DNA of 64,000 nt from NCBI GenBank assembly GCA_051306295.1, contig JBPPMZ010000054.1:8350-72349 (forward strand). Direction: 5' to 3'. Origin of the DNA: Candidatus Limnocylindrales bacterium (GTDB lineage: Bacteria; Chloroflexota; Limnocylindria; Limnocylindrales; CSP1-4). The position numbers and the translations under genes are program-made. This document shows, piece after piece, positions 15,401 through 24,204 of the stretch. The notes beneath the pieces are model-generated. The model saw nothing but the letters and a program-made list of their open reading frames with translations. It did no database searches and had not been told where the DNA came from. The first letter of the stretch is position 1. Every line of letters begins with the position of its first letter.

Positions 15401-16521
15401 GTGCTCTCCTTTGTTCCCGTCCGGACCCCCGTCGGGATCGCGAGCCGAACGACGGTCCCGCCGTCCGGCCGTGATCGTACGTCGAATCGTCCCCCGATCA
15501 GCTCGGATCGCTCGCGCATGAACTGCAATCCGAAGTTGCGACGGCCACGCGCGGCCACCGCCCCGACATCGAAGCCGCGACCGTCGTCGCGGATCTCCAG
15601 GATGAAGGACCGATCATCGTCCGCCAGCTCGGTGCGCACCACCACGTTGGAGGCGGCAGCGTGCTTGCGGACATTCTGCAGGGCTTCCTGCGCCACGCGC
15701 AGCGCCACCGTGCGTGCCGGGACGTCCAGGACGCCGACCGGCGCTCCGAGGTCCACGGTCGCGGCCACCCCGGCCAGGGATCGGAGGCGCTCGACCGCAT
15801 CCTCGATGGCCCCTTCGAGGCCGAGCTCATCGAGCAGCGGCGGGCGGAGCTGGTTGATCGAGTCGCGGACGTTCGCCAGTTCGCGACGGAGCATCTCGCG
15901 CAACGTGCGGACCTCGTCCGCCCCGGCCACCGGATCGCTCGCGCCGATGCGCTCGATGAAGTCGGCCTGGAAGATCGCATTGGCCAATGCCTGGGCAGGG
16001 CCGTCGTGGATGTCCTGGGCGATCCGGGCGCGCTCCTTTTCCTGGGCCTCGATGATCCGCATCGCGGTGTCGTCGTCCTCGGCCGGGTGATCGCTTTCGA
16101 CCAGGCTGCCATCTCCCTGGCCCAGGAAGAGCCATGTCCGCTCGAGCGCCTGCTGCGCGAACTCGAGCTTGGCCAACGTCGACTGATGGGCACCCAGCTC
16201 GCTGCCCAGGGCCGCGACCTCGCTACGCAGAGCCCGCAACCGGGCATCGGCGGCACCGGCCTCCGCCGCGCCGGCCGCCGCTTCGTCGTCGGACGTGGCA
16301 TCGATGACCCGTGGTCGGGCGTCGCGTGGAGCGCGGTCGGCGGCCTCCAGTTCGTCGCGGAGGGACTGCCAGTGGCCCAGCGCCTCGGCGTAGGCCGCCC
16401 GGTAGCGCTCGCGCACGGTGCTCATCGTGTTCGCGCTGTACCCGACCGCCGCCGTGGCCTCCGCGTGGAGACCCTCGAAACGGCTGCCGAGGGCGTCCGA
16501 ACCGGCGCGTGCAGCTTCCAT
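15397..16521 (-). CDS. cytoplasmic DegS-like histidine kinase (HisKA_3 + HATPase_c)
   Basis: ORF 15397..16647, probable start MEAARAGSD at 16521. H-box IAQDIHDGPAQAL, N-box QEALQNVRKHA, IRDDGRGFD, GLQFMRERSELIGGRF. No TM segment. Confidence 0.85.
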   Translation of the reverse strand: MEAARAGSDALGSRFEGLHAEATAAVGYSANTMSTVRERYRAAYAEALGHWQSLRDELEAADRAPRDARPRVIDATSDDEAAAGAAEAGAADARLRALRSEVAALGSELGAHQSTLAKLEFAQQALERTWLFLGQGDGSLVESDHPAEDDDTAMRIIEAQEKERARIAQDIHDGPAQALANAIFQADFIERIGASDPVAGADEVRTLREMLRRELANVRDSINQLRPPLLDELGLEGAIEDAVERLRSLAGVAATVDLGAPVGVLDVPARTVALRVAQEALQNVRKHAAASNVVVRTELADDDRSFILEIRDDGRGFDVGAVAARGRRNFGLQFMRERSELIGGRFDVRSRPDGGTVVRLAIPTGVRTGTKEST

Positions 16522-16544
16522 CGACTTCGGAGTATACGGGCCGG

Positions 16545-18185
16545 TCACTGGGCGTCGGCCGGGCAGGCGATGTCGTACACGGTCGTGTCGGCCAGCGGGT
16601 CGTCGCCCGCGCCGGCGTAGGGCCCGAGATCGAGGGGCGTGAAGCACTCGCTGCCGGGCAGACCGGCATCCAGGTCCTGCGGCCAGTGCTCACTGTCCGC
16701 ATCCATCAAGACGAGATACCGCGTGCCCGGGAATGCGGCGGCGAGATCGAGGACGTCCGTCGGCGGCTCGTTCGGAAGCGCCAGGGCGGAGATCCGTTGC
16801 GACTCGGCGATCCAGATCGGGAAGTTGCTGATCACGGGACCGGCGCCGCGGTCGAGCGGTCGGCCGGTCGCCGCCAGCCGGGCCGCGAGCTCGTGGTACT
16901 GCCGCTCTGTATCTCGCGACCCGGTCCCGAACCCTGGCATCAACGCCGCCGAGAAGAGGACGCTTGCTGAGATCCCGAGCAAGGCTCCCAGCCAGGCCAC
17001 GGGCCGCGCCCAGCCACGACGCCGGCTTAGCCCGGCGAACACAGCGTCGAGGGCCACGAGGGCAGAGAGCACGAGCAGGACCTGGACGGGGCCAGCAGCA
17101 TGCAGGAACGTCCCCCACGTCGTCGCGACGGGGAAGACAAGGCTGGTGACCAGGAAGGTCATCGCGCCAACCAGCGCGACGGGCCGGATCGTCCGTCCGC
17201 GCACGGCCCACGGCAGGCCGACCAGACCGATCAGCGAAACGGGGAAGCCCGGCAGCACCAGGACCGAGAAGAGGTTGTGGCCGATCCCTTCGGCTCGCAT
17301 CTCCAGCAGCCGGGCGGGTCCGACCGCGAGATAGCGCGCCAACGTCGGCTTGTCGTTCCAGGCGAAGATGTCGAAACCGGTCACGGAGAACGCGTTGGTG
17401 ATGGCTTGGCCCGGCAGGGGGCTACCGAACGTCTCGAGATTCCTGGCCATCCATGGGGCGAACACGACGAGCGCCACGAAGCCAGCGATGCCGATCAGTC
17501 GCACGCGATCCGTGCGAGATCTCACGTTTGCCTGCCACGAGACGATCACCCAGGTCAGCGCCAACCAGACGGCTTCATTGCGGGTCAGGGCCGTGACCCC
17601 CAAGACGACCCCAAGCCCCAGGAGCCGTGGATCCGTCACGCGTGCTCCCCGGGGATCGCGAGCGATGCGGGTCATGAGCAAGCAACCGGCCAGTGCCAGG
17701 GCCGCGAAGGGCATCGTCGAATCGGGTAAGGCCGAGTGCAGGAGCAGGGGCAGGTACACGGCGGTCGTGAGGCCCGTTCCCAGCGCGAGCGTCCGAGCCC
17801 GCCCGGTCGGCAGGTGCCGCTCACTGGCGACGTCCGCCGCCAGGCGCCACGCCAGGACCGGTACGAGGGCTCCGACCAGGACGACGGGGATCTGGGCCGC
17901 GGCGAAGCTGACCCCGAACACCGCCATGGATCCGGCGATGAGCCAGGTCGGCAGGGGCAGCCACACCTCGAAGGCCGCTTTCGGGAAGGTCAGCGGCCCG
18001 GTCTGGTAGCTCCAGATCGCGTCAGAGACGAGGCCGCGGCCCTCGATCAGATTTCGGGCGACGCCGACGTAGTACGCCGTATCTTCCGGTTTGGGAAAGA
18101 CGATCAGGCTGGCGCTGACCACGCGAACGATCAGCGCCACGATGAACACCAACGCGGCGGATATGACCGCCTCGCGACGAGTCAA
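16545..18185 (-). CDS. GT-C fold membrane glycosyltransferase, PMT_2/ArnT-like
   Basis: ORF 16545..18290. A TTG at 18185 gives a TTGA overlap with the upstream stop. FPKPEDTAYYVGVARNLIEGRGL first-loop motif, more than 10 TM helices, C-terminal soluble domain. Confidence 0.7.
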   Translation of the reverse strand: MTRREAVISAALVFIVALIVRVVSASLIVFPKPEDTAYYVGVARNLIEGRGLVSDAIWSYQTGPLTFPKAAFEVWLPLPTWLIAGSMAVFGVSFAAAQIPVVLVGALVPVLAWRLAADVASERHLPTGRARTLALGTGLTTAVYLPLLLHSALPDSTMPFAALALAGCLLMTRIARDPRGARVTDPRLLGLGVVLGVTALTRNEAVWLALTWVIVSWQANVRSRTDRVRLIGIAGFVALVVFAPWMARNLETFGSPLPGQAITNAFSVTGFDIFAWNDKPTLARYLAVGPARLLEMRAEGIGHNLFSVLVLPGFPVSLIGLVGLPWAVRGRTIRPVALVGAMTFLVTSLVFPVATTWGTFLHAAGPVQVLLVLSALVALDAVFAGLSRRRGWARPVAWLGALLGISASVLFSAALMPGFGTGSRDTERQYHELAARLAATGRPLDRGAGPVISNFPIWIAESQRISALALPNEPPTDVLDLAAAFPGTRYLVLMDADSEHWPQDLDAGLPGSECFTPLDLGPYAGAGDDPLADTTVYDIACPADAQ

Positions 18186-19822
18186 TCCCCGATCCCCGCC
18201 AGGGCGCAGCGCTGGTCGGCTGGAGTCGTGCACACGGGGTACAGGGCGAGGGTTGGGACGCCGTCTTCGGCGTCGGAAGGAAGGGTCCACGCCGGAGCGC
18301 CGATCCAGCGAGGCCGCTCGGCGTCACGGAGCACTGGCCGGAGCGCGTCGACGATCGCGCGGCGCTCCAGCACCAGCCAGCGGATGTCGTATCCGCGTGC
18401 GACCGCCTCGATCCGCTCGATCGGGTCGTCTGGCGAAACGACGCCACCACGGCCGGTCCAGTACTTGAAACCGCCGGCGTCGATGGTCATCAGCCGATCG
18501 GTCGCTGGCACGTCGAGTCGGTCGAGCTCCGCGGCGAGGGCCTGCCGCGGTGCCCGCGTCTCATCCCAACTGCCCCACACGACGGGTGCATACAGGAATG
18601 CACTTCCGGCCACAAAGACGACGACCGCCCACGTGAACAACGGGGTGGCGACCCTGGGATCCCAGGATGGCCGGCGCGCAACGACCCAGCCCACGACGAC
18701 AGCCACGGCCTCTAGCCCAAGGATGTACGAATGCGGGCCGAGGCCCACAGCCGTGTGGATGAAGGCGCCGCCAGGGACATGCAGCGGGAAGATGATCGTC
18801 GCGCCCGCGAGCAGGATGGCGAAGAACAGGAAGAAGGGCAGGAAGTCGTCGGACCGACGGCGCGCCCAGGCGCCGATCGGGATCAGAGGCAGCAGGACGA
18901 TCGACGAGATCAGGACCGCATAGTTCGCCAGTGAGCCGACGAGGCCGATGAGGCGCGTGTTCAGGATGGTCGCCCAGCCTTGGGCCATGAACTCGGCGAA
19001 GGTGGTCGTCGCCGTGGTGCTGTTCCACTGCCGGTACTCGGTGAGCCACAGGGCCTGGCCGTTGGAGGCCGTCGGGGAGATGGAGCCGAACTCGGCCAGC
19101 TGGCGGGCCCACCACGGACCCAGGACAACAAGGAACAGCCCGAAACAGGCGACGGCGGCCATCGCGGGCAACGCGGGCGCCCGACCGGACCGCAAGGCGC
19201 GCAAGCGGTCGATCACGAACACGAGGCCGACGGCGCCGCCCAGGAGGAAGGCATCGTTGCGGGCCAACGATGCGACGCCGACGAGGAGTCCGGCCAAGGC
19301 ATAGGCGCGGACGTCTCCGCGTAGCCCTCGCGCGGCAAGCCACAACGTCGCCGCCACGAGCGGCTGGAAGATCGCGAAGTTTTCGGGTTGGGCCATGAAC
19401 ACGGTCCCCGCCGCCGGGATCGCGGCCATGACGGCGGCGCCCATCTGGACGTGTCGGGATGCCCCCACGTCCCTTGCGATGGCTAGGGTGAGCGGTGCAG
19501 CAAGCGAGCCGATAAGGACCATGGGCAGGGCGGAGGCGATCGCCGTCGCGCCCATGATGGCCACGAAGGGCGCCTGGATGAACGAGGCCAGGGGAAGCCA
19601 GTGGGCGTTGGACGCGACGGGAAGGACGGGGTTTGCCGGGAGCGTGCCGCCGACCTCTGCGAAGATCCAGACGAAGTCGACCGAGAGTCCGTGCCCGCTC
19701 GCAAGGGAGCGCGCGACCTCGACGTAGTACGACGAATCAGCGTAGGCCGGATCCGGGAAGACGATCATGCACGCCGTCCGGACGACCACGGCCAGGACAT
19801 AGAGCAGCAGGGCGGTTCGCAT
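18182..19822 (-). CDS. GT-C fold membrane glycosyltransferase, PMT_2/ArnT-like
   Basis: ORF 18182..19894, likely start MRTALLLYVLAVVV at 19822. FPDPAYADSSYYVEVARSLASGHGL motif; polytopic. Confidence 0.7.
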   Translation of the reverse strand: MRTALLLYVLAVVVRTACMIVFPDPAYADSSYYVEVARSLASGHGLSVDFVWIFAEVGGTLPANPVLPVASNAHWLPLASFIQAPFVAIMGATAIASALPMVLIGSLAAPLTLAIARDVGASRHVQMGAAVMAAIPAAGTVFMAQPENFAIFQPLVAATLWLAARGLRGDVRAYALAGLLVGVASLARNDAFLLGGAVGLVFVIDRLRALRSGRAPALPAMAAVACFGLFLVVLGPWWARQLAEFGSISPTASNGQALWLTEYRQWNSTTATTTFAEFMAQGWATILNTRLIGLVGSLANYAVLISSIVLLPLIPIGAWARRRSDDFLPFFLFFAILLAGATIIFPLHVPGGAFIHTAVGLGPHSYILGLEAVAVVVGWVVARRPSWDPRVATPLFTWAVVVFVAGSAFLYAPVVWGSWDETRAPRQALAAELDRLDVPATDRLMTIDAGGFKYWTGRGGVVSPDDPIERIEAVARGYDIRWLVLERRAIVDALRPVLRDAERPRWIGAPAWTLPSDAEDGVPTLALYPVCTTPADQRCALAGIGD

Positions 19823-19956
19823 GGGTCGGTGCAGCGTAGCACCGGGTCCCGCCCCCTCCGACCGGTACGATTGGGCTATTGGGTCGCCACGCACGCCGCA
19901 TCCGCGACCTGGCGCGGGTCGGTCCGCGGCGGGTGACGGCCGCTAGACTGCCCGGG

Positions 19957-21114
19957 ATGTCCAGTCCGACACCGATCGTGTCCATCGCCGCGGGTGCGGG
20001 CTACGGGGAGCGTCTGCGCGCCCTGGCCCTGGATCTGCGACTCGACGGCGGGCTCGTCGCGCTCTTCGTAGCGTCGCGATTCCTGATCGCCGTGGCCGCG
20101 GTCGTGGCCGAGACCCTGCTCCCACTCGAGACCGTCGGCCGACCTGGGGCCGAGGGACCGATCCTGCGGTCACTCACGGCGTGGGACGGGACGTATTACC
20201 TGGGCATCGCGAGCGCTGGCTATCAGGCCGAGCCGGTCGCTGGCGCGTACTCCAACGTTGCCTTCCCGCCTCTCTACCCACTGATCATCCGGGTGTTGTC
20301 GATGCCCTTTCCGGGAGCCGCCGGCATCGTTGCGGTGGTGGTCTCCAACGTCGCTTTCCTGGGCGCCCTCGCTTTGCTGGTCCGCCTCGGGACGCCGTTC
20401 GCTGGGCGCCGGGGCGCGTCGGTAGCCGCGGGCCTCCTCGTCATCTATCCGTTCGCATCCGTCTTTGCGATGGCGTACACCGAGAGCTTGTTCCTGTTGC
20501 TGATGCTGGCCGCATTCCTGGCCGCAGAGCGGCGTAACCGGGCCTGGGCCGGGATCTTCCTGGCCTTGACAGTTCTTTGCCGTTTGCAGGGAGCCGTGCT
20601 GGTCCTGCCACTACTGCTGATCATGCTCCGCCAGGATGGCTGGCGGCCGCGACTCTCCCAGATGTGGGTCGCGCTCGGCCCACTGGCAGCCATCGGCTTC
20701 CTCCTGTACGTGGCGTCGGTCACCGGCAGCCTCACGGCCTTTCTGGACGCCCAGCAGGCATGGGGGCGGGCAGGGGTCGGCGGGTCCGCGCCCGAGGCGA
20801 CGATCGGGGCGCAGTTCTCTCCATACCAGGCGGCGTTGGTCCTCACACTGCTGTGGTCCGTGTTTCTACTGGTGTTCGTCCGGGTCGACCGCATTCGGAT
20901 CGAATACGCCTTGGTACCAGTCCTGTTCATAGCGGCGGAGATGTCGTCGGGGTCCCTCGAGGCCGTCGGCAGGATCACGATGGCTGCCTTCCCCCTCGTG
21001 TGGATCCTGGCCGGGCGGCGCTCACTGTTCGCGCGTCGCGCGTGGCCCGTCATCTCTGTCGGGTTGTTTACCGTTGTGGCGATTCTGTCGTTCGCGTGGG
21101 TCTGGGTGCCATGA
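19957..21114 (+). CDS. PIG-V/GT76-like mannosyltransferase family membrane protein
   Basis: Internal Met 27 of ORF 19879..21114. LTAWDGTYYLGIASAGYQ...NVAFPPLYPLIIR is typical of bacterial PIG-V-like proteins; polytopic. Confidence 0.65.
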   Translation: MSSPTPIVSIAAGAGYGERLRALALDLRLDGGLVALFVASRFLIAVAAVVAETLLPLETVGRPGAEGPILRSLTAWDGTYYLGIASAGYQAEPVAGAYSNVAFPPLYPLIIRVLSMPFPGAAGIVAVVVSNVAFLGALALLVRLGTPFAGRRGASVAAGLLVIYPFASVFAMAYTESLFLLLMLAAFLAAERRNRAWAGIFLALTVLCRLQGAVLVLPLLLIMLRQDGWRPRLSQMWVALGPLAAIGFLLYVASVTGSLTAFLDAQQAWGRAGVGGSAPEATIGAQFSPYQAALVLTLLWSVFLLVFVRVDRIRIEYALVPVLFIAAEMSSGSLEAVGRITMAAFPLVWILAGRRSLFARRAWPVISVGLFTVVAILSFAWVWVP

Positions 21115-21878
21115 CCGACCTGTCCCTCGTCCTGCCCGCCTTCAACGAGGCGGAGCGCATCGGTTCGGCCCTCGATGAGCTCTTTGGCTACTTGACCTCG
21201 GCGCCAGCCCGATCCCTCGGCTCGGTCGAGGTCCTCGTCGTGGACGACGGTTCGACCGACGACACGATGGCCCTCGTCGAGGCGCGTCCCGAGGGATCGG
21301 GTGCACTGCCGGGGGTCGCGCTTCGGGCTATGCACGTCCCCCACGCGGGCAAGGGCGCCGCGGTTCGCGCGGGCATGCTGGCGGCGCGCGGGAACCTGCT
21401 CATCTTTGCCGATGCCGACATGGCGACACCGCCGGCTGAGATCCCATCGCTCGTCAGCGCCCTTGCGGACCATGACGTTGCCCTAGGATCGCGAATCCAG
21501 CCCGACGGCTCGGACATGCGGGTCAGTCAGCCGATTGCCCGACGGCTGCTTGGCAAGGTCTTTCACGTCCTGGCGGCCGTCTGGGTGACCGGGCCGGTCA
21601 AGGACACGCAGTGTGGTTTCAAGGGCTTCACTCGCCAGGCAGCGCAGGACCTCTTCGCCCGCCAGCTGATTACCAGCATCGTCTTCGATGTGGAGCTTGT
21701 CTACCTTGCTCGCCGGCGCGGCTATCGGGTCGCGATCGTGCCCGTCCGCTGGCTTGATCGGCGCGGGTCGCGGATGCGCGCGGGACCGGGCCTTGCGTTC
21801 AGAGTCAGCTGGGATCTGTTGCGGATCCCGCTGCTTCATCGCGGCAGCGATCGCGCCGATCGTGCGCCTCGCGGGTGA
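21111..21878 (+). CDS. GT2 polyprenol-phosphate glycosyltransferase (Dpm1/Ppm1-like)
   Basis: MTDLSLVLPAFNEAERI...VLVVDDGSTDDT...IFADADMATP...DTQCGFKGF. ATGA overlap with the upstream gene. Confidence 0.85.
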   Translation: MTDLSLVLPAFNEAERIGSALDELFGYLTSAPARSLGSVEVLVVDDGSTDDTMALVEARPEGSGALPGVALRAMHVPHAGKGAAVRAGMLAARGNLLIFADADMATPPAEIPSLVSALADHDVALGSRIQPDGSDMRVSQPIARRLLGKVFHVLAAVWVTGPVKDTQCGFKGFTRQAAQDLFARQLITSIVFDVELVYLARRRGYRVAIVPVRWLDRRGSRMRAGPGLAFRVSWDLLRIPLLHRGSDRADRAPRG

Positions 21879-22978
21879 TCGATACCGTGCGCCTCGCGCT
21901 CCTGGGCAGGACCGCGCTGCCGATGGTCGCCGCGCTCTCGCTGCTGCTGGGTATCGCCCTCACGCTCGCCGCCGCTGGCGACACCCTGGGTTTCGACTTC
22001 CTCGCCTACCACCAGGCTGCGGTTCGCGTCCTAGCCGGCCAGCCGCTGTACGACATGTCATTCACGGAGACCGGCGGCTTCGGGCTGTTCTACTACCCGC
22101 CCACCTTCGCGCCCCTCATCCTCCCGCTCGGACTCCTCAGCGCGACGGCGGCGACCTGGACCTGGATCGGCCTGTCCATCGCCTTCTTCCTTGCGGGAGT
22201 CGCGATGCTTCCGGTCTCTCGATCGGTGCGCTGGTGGCTCATCCTGCTTGCGGGTTGGTCCTTCCCGTTCGTCTATGCCGTGAAGCTCGGGCAGGTCGGG
22301 CCCATCCTATTCGGGCTGTTCGCGCTCGGCTGGCGCTTCATCGATGAGCCGTCCCGACTCGGTGTGAGCGGGGCCGTCGGAGCCGCCATCAAGCTCCAAC
22401 CTGGGCTGATCCTGGTCTGGGCGCTCCTGACTCGTCGCGTAAAGGCTGTCTGGGTGGGCGGCCTTGTCCTTGGAGTCCTGGCCGTCCTGGCAGTGGGGCT
22501 CACCGGCATCGCAGTCTGGCCTGACTTCCTGACGCTGTTGCGGACGGTCACTGACCCGATCACCACGCCGCACAACTTCACGCCGGGGGCCGTGTCCTTC
22601 CAACTCGGCGTACCCGAGACCGTCGCCGGCGGGATCCAAGCGGCGAGTACGGCGGCACTGGTCGTCGTCTTCCTGGTGGCGATCCGTGCCTGCTCGGCGG
22701 AGGCGTCGTACCTCGTGGCGGTGATCGCCAGCCAGCTGGTCTCCCCGATCGTCTGGGACCACTACGCGATGCTGTTGCTGCTACCGGTCGCCTATCTCCT
22801 GGCCGCGGGTCGTTGGTGGGCGCTCGCGATCCCGGTCGCCACCGCGTGGCCACTGGTTGCACTCACGCCACCGGTCACCTACCCGGTCGTCTTCTGGCTC
22901 ACCCTCCTATCCACGCTCGTCGTCGGCCGCACGGAGCGGCGTGGCAGTCCGCTCGCAGCGGCGTCGCTCGCTCGATGA
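21875..22978 (+). CDS. GT87 (DUF2029) family polyprenol-P-sugar-dependent glycosyltransferase
   Basis: FDFLAYHQAAVRVLAGQPLYD...FYYPPTFAPLILPL...KLGQVGPILF...AAIKLQPGL pattern as in the PimE family; polytopic. Confidence 0.7.
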   Translation: MIDTVRLALLGRTALPMVAALSLLLGIALTLAAAGDTLGFDFLAYHQAAVRVLAGQPLYDMSFTETGGFGLFYYPPTFAPLILPLGLLSATAATWTWIGLSIAFFLAGVAMLPVSRSVRWWLILLAGWSFPFVYAVKLGQVGPILFGLFALGWRFIDEPSRLGVSGAVGAAIKLQPGLILVWALLTRRVKAVWVGGLVLGVLAVLAVGLTGIAVWPDFLTLLRTVTDPITTPHNFTPGAVSFQLGVPETVAGGIQAASTAALVVVFLVAIRACSAEASYLVAVIASQLVSPIVWDHYAMLLLLPVAYLLAAGRWWALAIPVATAWPLVALTPPVTYPVVFWLTLLSTLVVGRTERRGSPLAAASLAR

Positions 22979-24204
22979 GGCGCCGGCCGGATCGCGCGAC
23001 GTCCCTCGGCCTTGGGATCGCGCTCTGCTCGGCTGTCGTGTACTGGCTCGCCAACCGCGGCTTCGATGCCGGTCGGGGTGACTTCTTCTACCTCGCCGAT
23101 GCGTTCCTGCACGGGCGCACCTGGTTGGACTTCCGTCCCGGCTCCGCCGGCTCCAACGATGTCATCGTCGCCGGGAGTCGCTTCTACGTCCCGTTCGCGC
23201 CCTTTCCCGCCGTGGGCCTGATGCCGCTGGTGGCGATCATGGGCGCCGTCCCAGCCGACCAGGCCGAGTCTGCGATCAACGCCGTCCTGGCCGGGTCAAG
23301 CATCGGGTTGTGCTGGTGGCTCCTGGGCCGGGTTGGCGTCCACCCACTTCTCGACCGATCCTGGCTCACCATCCTGTTCGGATTCTCGACGCAGATCCTG
23401 TGGGTCACGACGCGGGGTGGCGTGTGGCACACCGGACACCTCGTCGCGACCATCCTGACCTTCGCCTGCCTGCTGGAGCTCTGGGGGTCGCGACGGGCGT
23501 GGCTCATCGGCCTGCTCGCAGGCGCCGCATTCATGACCCGGGCGCCACTGGCCTTCGCGATCGCGGGCTACGCGCTGCTGCTCGCGCCTGAGGGCACGCT
23601 CGCGGTGCGACGCACGGCCGCCGATGCGCTGGGCAGCCTGCGAATGTTGCCATGGTGGACATGGATCACCCTCGGTCTCGGCGTCCTGCCAGCTTTCATC
23701 TCGTTCTTCGCCTACAACCAGGTCCGCTTCGGAACGCCGTTCGAGTCTGGGTATGCGTTGGCCACGCTGCCCCTCTGGCTGGAGGCGCAACGTGAGCGCG
23801 GCATGTTTTCCGTCGCGCACCTCCCGATGAACCTCGACTACTTCCTGGTGCACCTGCCATCCGTCATTGCTGAACCGCCCTTCCTCAAACCGGACGGACT
23901 GGGGATGTCCGTCCTCCTCACGAGCCCCGGCCTCCTCTTTGCGATCCGCGCGGACTGGCGCCGCCGCGATGTCCAACTGCTTGGTTTGACGGCCGTCCTG
24001 GTTCTCATCCCGACATTGCTCTACTACGGCGGCGGGTGGCTCCAGTACGGGTACCGCTACTTTCTGGACTCGGTGCCATTCGTCCTCACCCTGTGCGGAC
24101 TCGCCGCTAGCCACCGGGGCCGCGTTGGTCTCGGTTGGCGCGCCATGATCGCGTTCGGGACAGGGATCATGGCGCTCGGCGTGTACTGGGCGTACAACCT
24201 GTGA
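22975..24204 (+). CDS. polytopic membrane protein, GT-C-like glycosyltransferase
   Basis: Internal Met 55 of ORF 22813..24204 (ATGA overlap). GDFFYLADAFLHGRTWLD first loop, about 11 TM helices. Confidence 0.55.
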   Translation: MRRRPDRATSLGLGIALCSAVVYWLANRGFDAGRGDFFYLADAFLHGRTWLDFRPGSAGSNDVIVAGSRFYVPFAPFPAVGLMPLVAIMGAVPADQAESAINAVLAGSSIGLCWWLLGRVGVHPLLDRSWLTILFGFSTQILWVTTRGGVWHTGHLVATILTFACLLELWGSRRAWLIGLLAGAAFMTRAPLAFAIAGYALLLAPEGTLAVRRTAADALGSLRMLPWWTWITLGLGVLPAFISFFAYNQVRFGTPFESGYALATLPLWLEAQRERGMFSVAHLPMNLDYFLVHLPSVIAEPPFLKPDGLGMSVLLTSPGLLFAIRADWRRRDVQLLGLTAVLVLIPTLLYYGGGWLQYGYRYFLDSVPFVLTLCGLAASHRGRVGLGWRAMIAFGTGIMALGVYWAYNL

